A stretch of 13,911 nucleotides of DNA from Promethearchaeia archaeon. Its GTDB lineage: Archaea > Asgardarchaeota > Lokiarchaeia > Sigyniarchaeales > SOKP01. The notes under the pieces are model-generated. The model was not told the DNA's origin. It searched no databases and saw only the letters and a list, made by a program, of their open reading frames with translations. Positions 5,985 to 13,911 of the stretch are shown here, piece after piece (the first letter of the stretch is position 1; each line of letters opens with the position of its first letter). The stretch spans positions 1-13,911 of the forward strand of contig JAWOCD010000047.1 in NCBI GenBank assembly GCA_046483985.1. The letters are read 5' to 3'. Made by a program: the position numbers and the translations under genes.

Positions 5985-7298
5985 TTATTGATTCTTAAGA
6001 CTTTTGATGGTTCGAATGACTGCCTCCCGTACATCTGGATCTCGGTCTTTACTTAAAATCTTCAAAATTTTCTGGAGCTTGCCTTTTCCTATTAAATTAT
6101 TTGTATAAAAATCTGTTAAGGAATTTGCAAGGGAAAGGCGTATAATCCAGTCTTGATGGTTGGCAAGTCGTTTTAATTGGATTGGATGATGGGGATCTTT
6201 TACATTTCTTAAACATCTAAGAATCACACGGATGATTTCTCGGTTGGAAGTTTGATGTAAGACATCATTAATCACTTTTAATACAATTTCTTTTTTTCTG
6301 TCCGCTAAGAGCCGATAATTTACTTGAAAGAGCAATTCAAAAAGATCCAAATTTACCGGATTGGGAGTATTTTTTAATACTTTTACTAAAATGTTCTGAT
6401 ACCGCTCTTTATCCTTATTAAAATCCTCCTTTACATCTTTCTGTAAATTTCCCTTCTCTTTATTCGGCTTTAACTTATCTTGTAACTGTTCAATTGTTTG
6501 GCTACTTTCTTGTTCTTTTTCTTGGAGAATTTTATTTTCATTTTCTAATTTTTCAATTTTTCGGGTCATATTTGCAATGGTCTCATAGGCGTTATTTAAC
6601 TGATATTTAATGACTCTGTAGTCTTCATTCATACTAATGACGTCTTTTTCCGCCTTCTTCTGCATAGCGTCTTGTTTGTCCTTGTCGCCTAATACACTTT
6701 GTGCTACTCTTATTTTTTTTCGAAACTTTTGGATCTTCTCAAGCAAGATATCTTTTTGGAAAGCTGAAGTATCCGTTGGGTCCGGCTGATTTTGGAATGT
6801 ATTTTTTTCTTCAATATTTTCCTCAATCCAGTCAATAAATTCTCCAGTATATTCTAAAAAATTGTCTAATCGCTGTTCATATTCTTCATTTTCTTCCGTT
6901 AATTGGATAATTAACTTTTTTGCCGTTAATAACTCATCTTTTACTGGTTCAGAAGCATATTTGTCTTTTTCGCACTGCTGGATCTCGTGTTTTAGGACTT
7001 TGATGAGCTTTTGCAACTTTTCTTCCAATATGTTAATTTCATTTTCCTTTCGATCACATAAATCATTTAGAATGGAAACTTCTCGCTCTTTAATCCCACA
7101 TTCCGCGTTGGGAGAATGTATACCATCTTTTTGATTTATTTGACCATTCAATTCTTTAATAAGGCGTTTTTGTTCCTTAATTGTGAACCTCAATTCTTCA
7201 TTTTCTTCTTGTAAGATCTCTAATTCTGGTTTTGATTCGGAAGATTGTTCTTTTTCCTTCCCTCGGGAGATGTGGTCCTCGTTTAACTCTTTACTCAA
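5985..7298 (-). CDS. Long coiled-coil protein with C-terminal HEAT-like repeats
   Basis: E/K/Q/L-rich heptads over the first ~300 aa, then NHQDWIIRLSLANSL and SKDRDPDVREAVIRTI, which match HEAT consensus. TTG start. Confidence 0.8.
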   Translation of the reverse strand: MSKELNEDHISRGKEKEQSSESKPELEILQEENEELRFTIKEQKRLIKELNGQINQKDGIHSPNAECGIKEREVSILNDLCDRKENEINILEEKLQKLIKVLKHEIQQCEKDKYASEPVKDELLTAKKLIIQLTEENEEYEQRLDNFLEYTGEFIDWIEENIEEKNTFQNQPDPTDTSAFQKDILLEKIQKFRKKIRVAQSVLGDKDKQDAMQKKAEKDVISMNEDYRVIKYQLNNAYETIANMTRKIEKLENENKILQEKEQESSQTIEQLQDKLKPNKEKGNLQKDVKEDFNKDKERYQNILVKVLKNTPNPVNLDLFELLFQVNYRLLADRKKEIVLKVINDVLHQTSNREIIRVILRCLRNVKDPHHPIQLKRLANHQDWIIRLSLANSLTDFYTNNLIGKGKLQKILKILSKDRDPDVREAVIRTIKSLKNQ

Positions 7299-7474
7299 TT
7301 TAGTTGCACTCTATCTAATGATTTTATTCCAACGGAGTTATTGAATATATGAAGATAAGTATTAAAAAATGTTAGTACTTAATTATTGGGACAATTGAAC
7401 TTCTTTTGCTATGAGTTAAATTAATAAAGCAGGGAAAAATAAAAAAGGAAACTATGTCTTTGTCACGCTTAACC

Positions 7475-7948
7475 TTATATTTCTATCGTTTTGATGGTGT
7501 CGCCCTTTTCAATTGCATCCACGACTTTTTGATCTTCTTCACTTACGACTTCCCCAAAAATTGTATGTTTATTGTTTAACCACGGGGTTGCCTTATGGGT
7601 TATAAAAAATTGTGAGCCGTTTGTGTTAGGTCCTGCATTTGCCATGGCGAGGATACCTGGTTTATCAAATTCTTTATCGCTATCAAACTCATCCTTGAAC
7701 GGGTATGGGACATCTTGTCCTTCATACGGGAACGAGGATACATCCTTGTTTTTTGGCCCTCCCTTCCCCGTACCGGTGGGGTCTCCGCCTTGAATCATAA
7801 AATCATCAATGACGCGGTGAAAGGCGATCCCGTCATAAAACCCCTGGTTGGCAAGATATTGAAAACTGGCAACCGTCATGGGTGCTTCCTCATCAAAAAG
7901 ATTAAGGTTTATATCTCCTTTATTGGTCTTAATTACTGCTGATTTCAT
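7475..7948 (-). CDS. ppiA: Cyclophilin-type peptidyl-prolyl cis-trans isomerase
   Basis: [37 protein letters not shown] and [12 protein letters not shown]. Confidence 0.96.
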   Translation of the reverse strand: MKSAVIKTNKGDINLNLFDEEAPMTVASFQYLANQGFYDGIAFHRVIDDFMIQGGDPTGTGKGGPKNKDVSSFPYEGQDVPYPFKDEFDSDKEFDKPGILAMANAGPNTNGSQFFITHKATPWLNNKHTIFGEVVSEEDQKVVDAIEKGDTIKTIEI

Positions 7949-8084
7949 ATTTCAGTATTAAGGGCGCTTCATTTAAATCTTTTTAGATTAAGATTTATGA
8001 GAGGAAAGTTTAAAAACTATTGAAATAGAATTGTGATATAACTTGAATTATTCTCTTAGATGAAAAGAAAAGCATACTGATAAT

Positions 8085-10256
8085 ATGACCGAGAATCAGA
8101 ATATCTCATATTTTTTTGATCCCTCATCCATTGCTGTTATTGGGGCGAGCAAGAATCAAGATAAAGTCGGTCATACCGTGCTAAAAAATATTATTGAATC
8201 TGGATTTGAGGGTGAGATTTACCCCATTAATCCAAACGCCGGAAAAATACTTGATTTGCAAGCATATGAAAGCGTCCTTGATGTTGAGGACGAGATTGAA
8301 ATTGCAATTTTTGTGATTCCTTCGAAATATGTAAGCTCCGTTGCAGAAGAATGCGGGAAGAAAGATGTAAAGGGTTTAATTGTAATTACTGCGGGGTTTA
8401 AGGAAATGGGTGGTGAAGGTGTAAAACGAGAAGAAGAATTAATAGAAATTGCAGATAAATACGATATACGGATATTAGGTCCAAATTGTTTAGGATTTAT
8501 CGGTCTTAAGTATAATGGCTCGTTTGCAGTAGAAACTCCGAAAAAAGGAGGTATTGCCATGATCTCTCAGTCGGGTGCAATGCTAACTGGCATGATGGAT
8601 TATTCTATGACCCAAGCGTTCGGATTTTCCTGCAATATAAGTTTAGGTAATAAGGCAGATTTAAGTGCCGTTGACTTTATTGAATATTTAGCAGACGATG
8701 ACGATACAGATGTCATTATTTGCTATTTGGAAAGTATTAAAGACGGAGCTCGATTTTTGGAAGTGGTTCCGGACGCTACTCGTAAAAAACCTGTAGTGAT
8801 CCTAAAATCTGGGGTGAGTGAAGCAGGAGCACGAGCTGCCTCCAGTCACACTGGGGCATTAGCAGGCTCGGATACTGCCTATCAACTCGCATTTGATAAA
8901 TGCGGCGTCATTCGAGCAAGGTCCATTGAAAATTTATTCGATTACGGGGAAATCTTCTTGGAACAACCTCTTCCCAAGCAAAATTCTTTTGCCATTATTA
9001 CAAATGCGGGTGGACCCGGGATCGTGGCAACAGACGCTTTTTCTAGAGAAGGGTTGAAACTTTCAGAATTGAACGAACCAATTCTCCATACTTTACGTGA
9101 CAACCTTCCTGTGGAAGCTGCAGTCTTTAATCCAATTGATATAGTTGGAGATGCTCCTCCGGAACGATACAAATTTACCATCGAAACTGTTTTCGGGCTT
9201 AATCATGGTGCCGAAGAGAAAGAAGGAGAGAATAATTCAATTACAACCAGTGGAGTTCTAATTATAGTTACCCCGCAAGCACAGACCCGACCAACCGAAG
9301 TAGCGAAATTTATCAATGAGGTTAATTCGAAAGGATTGAAAGAAAAGTCCATCGTATGTTCCTTTATTGGAGATAAATCTACTGCAGAAGGACGAAAATA
9401 CCTCAAGGATAATGGTGTACCTTGCTATCATTTTCCCGAACGCGCTGCACATTCTCTTAAAACACTGGTATCGCGAAGAGAATTCCTTCGGACTCCTCCT
9501 TTAGAAGAGCGTGAGATTCCAGAATTTGATGTCAATGAGGAGAAAGTGAAAGAGATCTTCGATGAAGTACAGAAAGACGAACGCAAGATGTTGCTGAGCC
9601 ATGAAGCCAGCGAAGTATTTGAATGTTATGGGATAAAATCTCCCAAATCTCGACTTGCACAGACTCCCCGGCAAGCTGAAGAATTACAAAAAGAGATAGG
9701 GAAATCGGTAATGAAAATTGTAAGCCCTCATATTGTCCATAAGACCGATGTGGGTGGAATTGTGTTGGATGTTACCGATCCGCACGAGGCATTTGAAGCC
9801 TATACTCAAATTGTGGATAATACGAAAAAGTTTGGCCCCCAAAATGCAAAGATCTATGGCGTAGAGGTTCAAGAAATGATTGACTACGACCAGCAAGAAA
9901 AGGTCAATGAATTAATTATAGGTGTTTCCCGAGATCCGCAATTCGGCGCAATGCTCATGGTAGGTTCTGGAGGAATCTACGCTAATTTCCTTAAAGATGT
10001 GTCCTTTGCATTGTCATATAAATTTACCGAACAAGATGCAAAAGAAATGCTGGAGGAGACCAAGATTTTTCGCCTTCTGCAAGGAGTTCGGGGAGACCCT
10101 CCTTCAGATATTGATGCGATTATCGAAGTTCTTTTACGGCTTGCTCAGTTAGTCAGAGATTTTTCAGAGATTGTGGAATTAGATATAAATCCCCTTCTTT
10201 CCTTCACGAAAGGTTATAGTGCAGTGGATATTAAAATTAATTTAAAATATCAATAA
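8085..10256 (+). CDS. acdAB: Acetate--CoA ligase (ADP-forming), fused alpha and beta subunits
   Basis: CoA-binding SIAVIGAS, ILGPNCLG, SQSGA, phospho-His SHTGALAG, TNAGGPG and NPID, then an ATP-grasp region with HKTDVGG and ELDINP. No GNAT domain. Confidence 0.92.
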   Translation: MTENQNISYFFDPSSIAVIGASKNQDKVGHTVLKNIIESGFEGEIYPINPNAGKILDLQAYESVLDVEDEIEIAIFVIPSKYVSSVAEECGKKDVKGLIVITAGFKEMGGEGVKREEELIEIADKYDIRILGPNCLGFIGLKYNGSFAVETPKKGGIAMISQSGAMLTGMMDYSMTQAFGFSCNISLGNKADLSAVDFIEYLADDDDTDVIICYLESIKDGARFLEVVPDATRKKPVVILKSGVSEAGARAASSHTGALAGSDTAYQLAFDKCGVIRARSIENLFDYGEIFLEQPLPKQNSFAIITNAGGPGIVATDAFSREGLKLSELNEPILHTLRDNLPVEAAVFNPIDIVGDAPPERYKFTIETVFGLNHGAEEKEGENNSITTSGVLIIVTPQAQTRPTEVAKFINEVNSKGLKEKSIVCSFIGDKSTAEGRKYLKDNGVPCYHFPERAAHSLKTLVSRREFLRTPPLEEREIPEFDVNEEKVKEIFDEVQKDERKMLLSHEASEVFECYGIKSPKSRLAQTPRQAEELQKEIGKSVMKIVSPHIVHKTDVGGIVLDVTDPHEAFEAYTQIVDNTKKFGPQNAKIYGVEVQEMIDYDQQEKVNELIIGVSRDPQFGAMLMVGSGGIYANFLKDVSFALSYKFTEQDAKEMLEETKIFRLLQGVRGDPPSDIDAIIEVLLRLAQLVRDFSEIVELDINPLLSFTKGYSAVDIKINLKYQ

Positions 10257-10345
10257 ACAACAATTTTTTCCGAATGAAAATAATGTAGAAAATCTTAAAA
10301 TGGATCAAAATAAAATTAAAGTGAGCAAAAAGGATTTGAAGTATT

Positions 10346-11410
10346 ATGGCTAAAAATATATATCTCTGTAGTCTTGAATCTAGAGTGGGTAAAACCTTAT
10401 TATCCATCGGAATAATGCAAAAACTAGAGAAGATGGGCAAAAAGTATTCATATTTTAAACCTATCGGAATTCCGAAGTCTGCATATTCCGCAAAAGCCGA
10501 CCCTGATGTGGGTTTTATTCTAGATACGGTTTATGAAACGGACTATCCTTATCACATTATATCTCCGATATCTATTCCGGATTGTTATTACGTTGACTTA
10601 ATCGATGAAAATAAGAAGCAAGAAGATTTACGGAAAATTAAAGACGCCTACGATCAAATTTCAGAAGGGGTGGATTACGTCATCATTGAAGGATCTCCTA
10701 CCATTAAAAAATTTATCCGGGTGGGCTTGGATGATTTGACCATTGCTGATACCCTCGGTTCGAGAGATATTGTCTATATCGAAAAAGAATCGTCCGATAA
10801 ATGTATTGACAATCTCTTCTTTACTAAAAAGTATCTTGATTTTCGTGAGTTTACCATGAAAGGGGTTCTCTTTAATCAGATTGATTATGATTATTTGGCA
10901 CGGATAGATGAACTTGCTGAGAATCATATCAAACGGTATGGAATCCCGATATTGGGAACAGTAGAAAAAAAATTAGAGTTAGTGGCAGCCCGCGTCTCAG
11001 AGGTAAAGGAAGCAATTGGTGGAGAGTTAATTAATGAAAGTGCCATATCGGGAATGGATACTATGGTCGAGAACTATATTATCGGGGCGATGAATCCTCA
11101 AGCTGCTTTGAAATATTTACGCCAAGTTAAAGGGGCAGCATGCATTACGGGTGGAGATCGTTCTGACCTACTTTTAGCATCATTAGACGAAGATGTCGCG
11201 TGTCTTATTTTAACGGGCTTTATCCAACCGGATGTGAAGGTCATCAGTGCGGCAAATGAAAAAAATGTCCCCATTATCCTCAGTCCTTCCGATACCTATA
11301 CCACACTCCGAAATCTTGAGCGGTTAAAACCGGGACTTCAAAGAGATGAAATAGACGATGTTATAAAACTAATGGAAGACTCGATAGACTGGGAAAGTTT
11401 ATTGGAGTAA
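10346..11410 (+). CDS. BioD-like/DRTGG domain protein (phosphotransacetylase N-terminal region without the catalytic domain)
   Basis: P-loop-like SRVGKT, YFKPIG, IIEG, then IGAM, ITGGDRSD and LILTG; 354 aa. Confidence 0.88.
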   Translation: MAKNIYLCSLESRVGKTLLSIGIMQKLEKMGKKYSYFKPIGIPKSAYSAKADPDVGFILDTVYETDYPYHIISPISIPDCYYVDLIDENKKQEDLRKIKDAYDQISEGVDYVIIEGSPTIKKFIRVGLDDLTIADTLGSRDIVYIEKESSDKCIDNLFFTKKYLDFREFTMKGVLFNQIDYDYLARIDELAENHIKRYGIPILGTVEKKLELVAARVSEVKEAIGGELINESAISGMDTMVENYIIGAMNPQAALKYLRQVKGAACITGGDRSDLLLASLDEDVACLILTGFIQPDVKVISAANEKNVPIILSPSDTYTTLRNLERLKPGLQRDEIDDVIKLMEDSIDWESLLE

Positions 11411-11453
11411 ACATGAAATACAAACAAGAAAAAGAAGTGCTATTAAAAAATAA

Positions 11454-11554
11454 GAAAGAAGTTCCCGTCCTTTAGGTTACTCCTAAGATATGCCCGCCAG
11501 CCAACGCTCAGTTGACTCGTAGCAATCCCCTTTCTTTAGGAAGGAGGCTTCAAC
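11454..11554. mobile_element. Non-autonomous IS200/IS605-derived miniature element (about 100 bp)
   Basis: Begins GAAAGAAGTTCCCGTCCTTTAGG and ends AATCCCCTTTC-TTTA-GGAAGGAGG-CTTCAAC, a hairpin followed by TCAAC. It is a GC-richer patch between convergent genes. Confidence 0.55.
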
Positions 11555-11556
11555 TT

Positions 11557-12993
11557 TTAGATTAAATTTAACTTCTTCATTTTTTTCTCTGCGATTTTAT
11601 TTATTTCTGCGCTATGGGTTAAGTCGATGTTAGATTCTCCCGAAATTCGCAAATAAGGGCTTGTCCCTGAGCGCCGGATCAATAACCATCCCTCATCATA
11701 ATCAAATCTGACCCCGTCCAGTTGGTTAATATTCTTAATTTCATGTTCTAATTCTTCGAACGCCTCTTTCATTTCATGAATAATCATTTGGTTTATTTCC
11801 TCCGTAAAAGGAATATCTTCCTTTAATTTAAAGTTTCGACGATAGAAAGGATAGTTCGGAATATCCTTTAAGAGTTCACGTAAGGTCTTTCCTTTTTCAG
11901 CCACCATGCGGAGAACTTTCGCAATAGTAACGATGGAATCGGGACCGTAATGCGTACTTGGCCAAATATAGGTGCCAGAATTCTCTCCGCCGACAAACCC
12001 CTTCGCCTCCTTCAGTGCTAAGGCGACTTTAATATCTCCCACTTCAGTACGAATTATCTCGCACCCCATCGGTTTTAAAACATCCTCGATTAGGCTTGAT
12101 GAATTAATGGGGGTTACAACAATTTTATTTTCTATCTTATCTTCATATCTTTGCAGATAATCTTTTGCCATGAGGGCTAATAATCTAACTGGATCTACAA
12201 TCCCCCCATTTTCATCCAAAAAGATCACTCTATCGGCATCCCCGTCGAGGGCAATTCCAATATCTTCACTATCAGAAACTCTGAGAAATTTAGAGATTTG
12301 TTTGAGATTTTTCTTGTTCGGTTCCGAGTTTCTTCCAGGAAAATGACCATCCATTTGTCCATTGAGCGTAATTAAATTAACATCATATTTATTCAAGAGG
12401 CGCGGGACAATGTCACAACTAGAACCGTTACCGGGGTCGACGATGACATGCAGATCTTCCCCATTAAACTGAATCCGATTGGTTACGTCAATAATATGTA
12501 TATCATTGATATCATTAACTTCCGTGATCTTTCCCACCTCATCCCAGTGTATATCGGAGAACTCTTTATTGTTATAAATCTCTTCGATCTGCCTTTCTTG
12601 GTCTGGAGAGAAACCCATTCCAGAAGGATTCCAAAACTTAAGTCCGATATATTCTGGAGTATTATGAGACGCTGTAATCATACAACCCGCGTCTGCCCGA
12701 AGATATCGTAACGACATAGCTAATGTAGGAGTAGTTACAATCCCCACGGTTTTTACCTTACAGCCTGAGCTCACTAAGCCCGAGATCAACGCATGTTCAA
12801 TCGGTAAAGCCGAGGTGCGGATATCTTTTCCGATGACAACGGTGCCACCGTGAATATAGGTACCCAATGCTAAACCTACTTCCAATGCCATCTGCGGAGT
12901 AAACATAACTTCCGCATTTGCATAGTTCGAATAGACCCTCCGTATACCACATGTCCCAAATATGTTATTATCTCCCTTTTCCTTCGTGGTCAT
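11557..12993 (-). CDS. glmM: Alpha-D-phosphohexomutase (phosphoglucosamine mutase / PMM-PGM)
   Basis: FGTCGIR, phospho-Ser TASHN, metal loop DGDADR, GGENSG and RRSGTSP. Substrate specificity is uncertain. Confidence 0.85.
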   Translation of the reverse strand: MTTKEKGDNNIFGTCGIRRVYSNYANAEVMFTPQMALEVGLALGTYIHGGTVVIGKDIRTSALPIEHALISGLVSSGCKVKTVGIVTTPTLAMSLRYLRADAGCMITASHNTPEYIGLKFWNPSGMGFSPDQERQIEEIYNNKEFSDIHWDEVGKITEVNDINDIHIIDVTNRIQFNGEDLHVIVDPGNGSSCDIVPRLLNKYDVNLITLNGQMDGHFPGRNSEPNKKNLKQISKFLRVSDSEDIGIALDGDADRVIFLDENGGIVDPVRLLALMAKDYLQRYEDKIENKIVVTPINSSSLIEDVLKPMGCEIIRTEVGDIKVALALKEAKGFVGGENSGTYIWPSTHYGPDSIVTIAKVLRMVAEKGKTLRELLKDIPNYPFYRRNFKLKEDIPFTEEINQMIIHEMKEAFEELEHEIKNINQLDGVRFDYDEGWLLIRRSGTSPYLRISGESNIDLTHSAEINKIAEKKMKKLNLI

Positions 12994-13117
12994 TTCTTTT
13001 ATTTCTTACTCCTTATTAATCAAATAGTTATTTAATTAACAAAACGGTTATTTAAAATCCTAATAGTATATTATAAAATGGATATTCAAGTTTAAATATT
13101 CGGGACAATTTAAATCT

Positions 13118-13590
13118 CGTGTCGCCAGCACTCCCCACGGGTCCAGTGTTTCCGTTTCCGTTCGCCGGCAATAGCTGCCGGGCGGGCAGAGATGCCAGAA
13201 GTTCGTCCTTCTCGGGAATGGCGATCTTGAAATATAATTTCACGAGCCGCAGAATTTTTTCTCTCGCAAATTTCGGGTACTTGGCAACTTACTGCCCAAG
13301 CCGCCCATTTTCGTCTGACTCGTCTTGACCGACGGTCTTGAAAATCTTGGTGCAGTCCATGAAAATCTGGTGGAGGTCGTTGTGCAGCTCCAGTGTATCG
13401 TTCGCATCCGCGATCAGCTGCTCTTCAAACGCGAGGTTGTCGGATGGGGGTTCTGGGATGTATTCAAACATCTTTCATAGCGCCCTTCGGAGAATATCTC
13501 CGCGTTTTATGCCATGCTGAGAACTTGTCAAACCGGTCAAGCCATTTTATCCACCCGAATCGAATAAAATGCGGCTAAGGAACCCGGCAT
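13118..13590 (-). pseudogene. Degraded gene with an N-terminal ribbon-helix-helix (CopG-like) domain in a GC-rich patch
   Basis: GGAAGGAG precedes ATG 13590. Joining frames gives MPGSLAAFYSIRVDK/WLDRFDKF/QHGIKRGDILRRAL*KMFEYIPEP...GRLGQ*VAKYPKFAREKILRLVKLYF. ORFs 13289-13471 and 13052-13243 share one frame. Confidence 0.6.
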
Positions 13591-13624
13591 AACTCCTTCC
13601 GCAGCGCATAATAGAAATTGAATA

Positions 13625-13911
13625 TTACTCTAGGGAATTCATAAAGCGCTTTTTTATCTCAACCGGAGAAAGTGGGATAATGGGTAATTTTTTATTACCG
13701 GGCACTCCCTTAATCAAGAGAAAATTGCATTTTTTTTCCATGTTTTTTAAGGTGGGAACAATTTCTTCTTTTTTCTTAATCACATTTATCTCTTTAAACC
13801 CTGCTCCCTTAGCAATGTGGGCCAAATCAGTGTTCTTTTGCGTATAGGTCGATTGGTTTCCCGTCGATCCATAAGCACCATTATCTATTGTAATGATCGT
13901 TAGATTGGAGG
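13625..13911 (-). CDS. comE: Sulfopyruvate decarboxylase beta subunit (TPP-binding), 3' part running off the window
   Basis: The frame is open to the window edge: SNLTIITIDNGAYGSTGNQSTYTQKNTDLAHIAKGAGF...PIIPLSPVEIKKRFM, typical of ComE/phosphonopyruvate decarboxylase C-termini. Confidence 0.8.
   Translation of the reverse strand, partial: SNLTIITIDNGAYGSTGNQSTYTQKNTDLAHIAKGAGFKEINVIKKKEEIVPTLKNMEKKCNFLLIKGVPGNKKLPIIPLSPVEIKKRFMNSLE

Noticed and set aside
8085-10256. Protein lysine acetyltransferase (Pat/YfiQ)
   Set aside because: No GNAT domain, and both catalytic His motifs are intact.
4712-12711. Antisense ORFs within cooC, the coiled-coil gene, ppiA, acdAB, the DRTGG gene and glmM
   Set aside because: Opposite-strand shadows of well-supported genes.
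13119-13578. Plus-strand short ORFs, or a tRNA/SRP/RNase P RNA, in the GC-rich patch
   Set aside because: No tRNA arms or recognisable RNA motifs seen. The minus-strand pseudogene explains the patch better.

Overview
AT-rich archaeal chromosomal window, most consistent with Asgard archaea (Lokiarchaeia). This is an inference from the gene content and a eukaryote-type SECIS. Left end: the 3' part of a group 3c [NiFe(Se)] hydrogenase large subunit (vhuA/mvhA) that lacks its terminal ligand motif. It is followed by a 50-codon vhuU selenoprotein gene missing from the ORF track (430-582, in-frame TGA at 496), then hdrC and hdrB. The vhuU stop codon doubles as the AUGA core of a eukaryote-like SECIS hairpin. 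A decaying toxin-antitoxin island (nucleotidyltransferase pair, PIN toxin, truncated VapB, IS200/IS605-type end) separates hdrB from hypC. The rest holds a cooC-like ATPase, a small hypothetical gene, a coiled-coil/HEAT protein, a cyclophilin, a fused ADP-forming acetyl-CoA synthetase with a DRTGG partner, a second IS200/IS605-derived remnant, a phosphohexomutase, a GC-rich ribbon-helix-helix pseudogene and the 3' end of a comE-like gene. All calls rest on motif reading by eye; no database searches were run.
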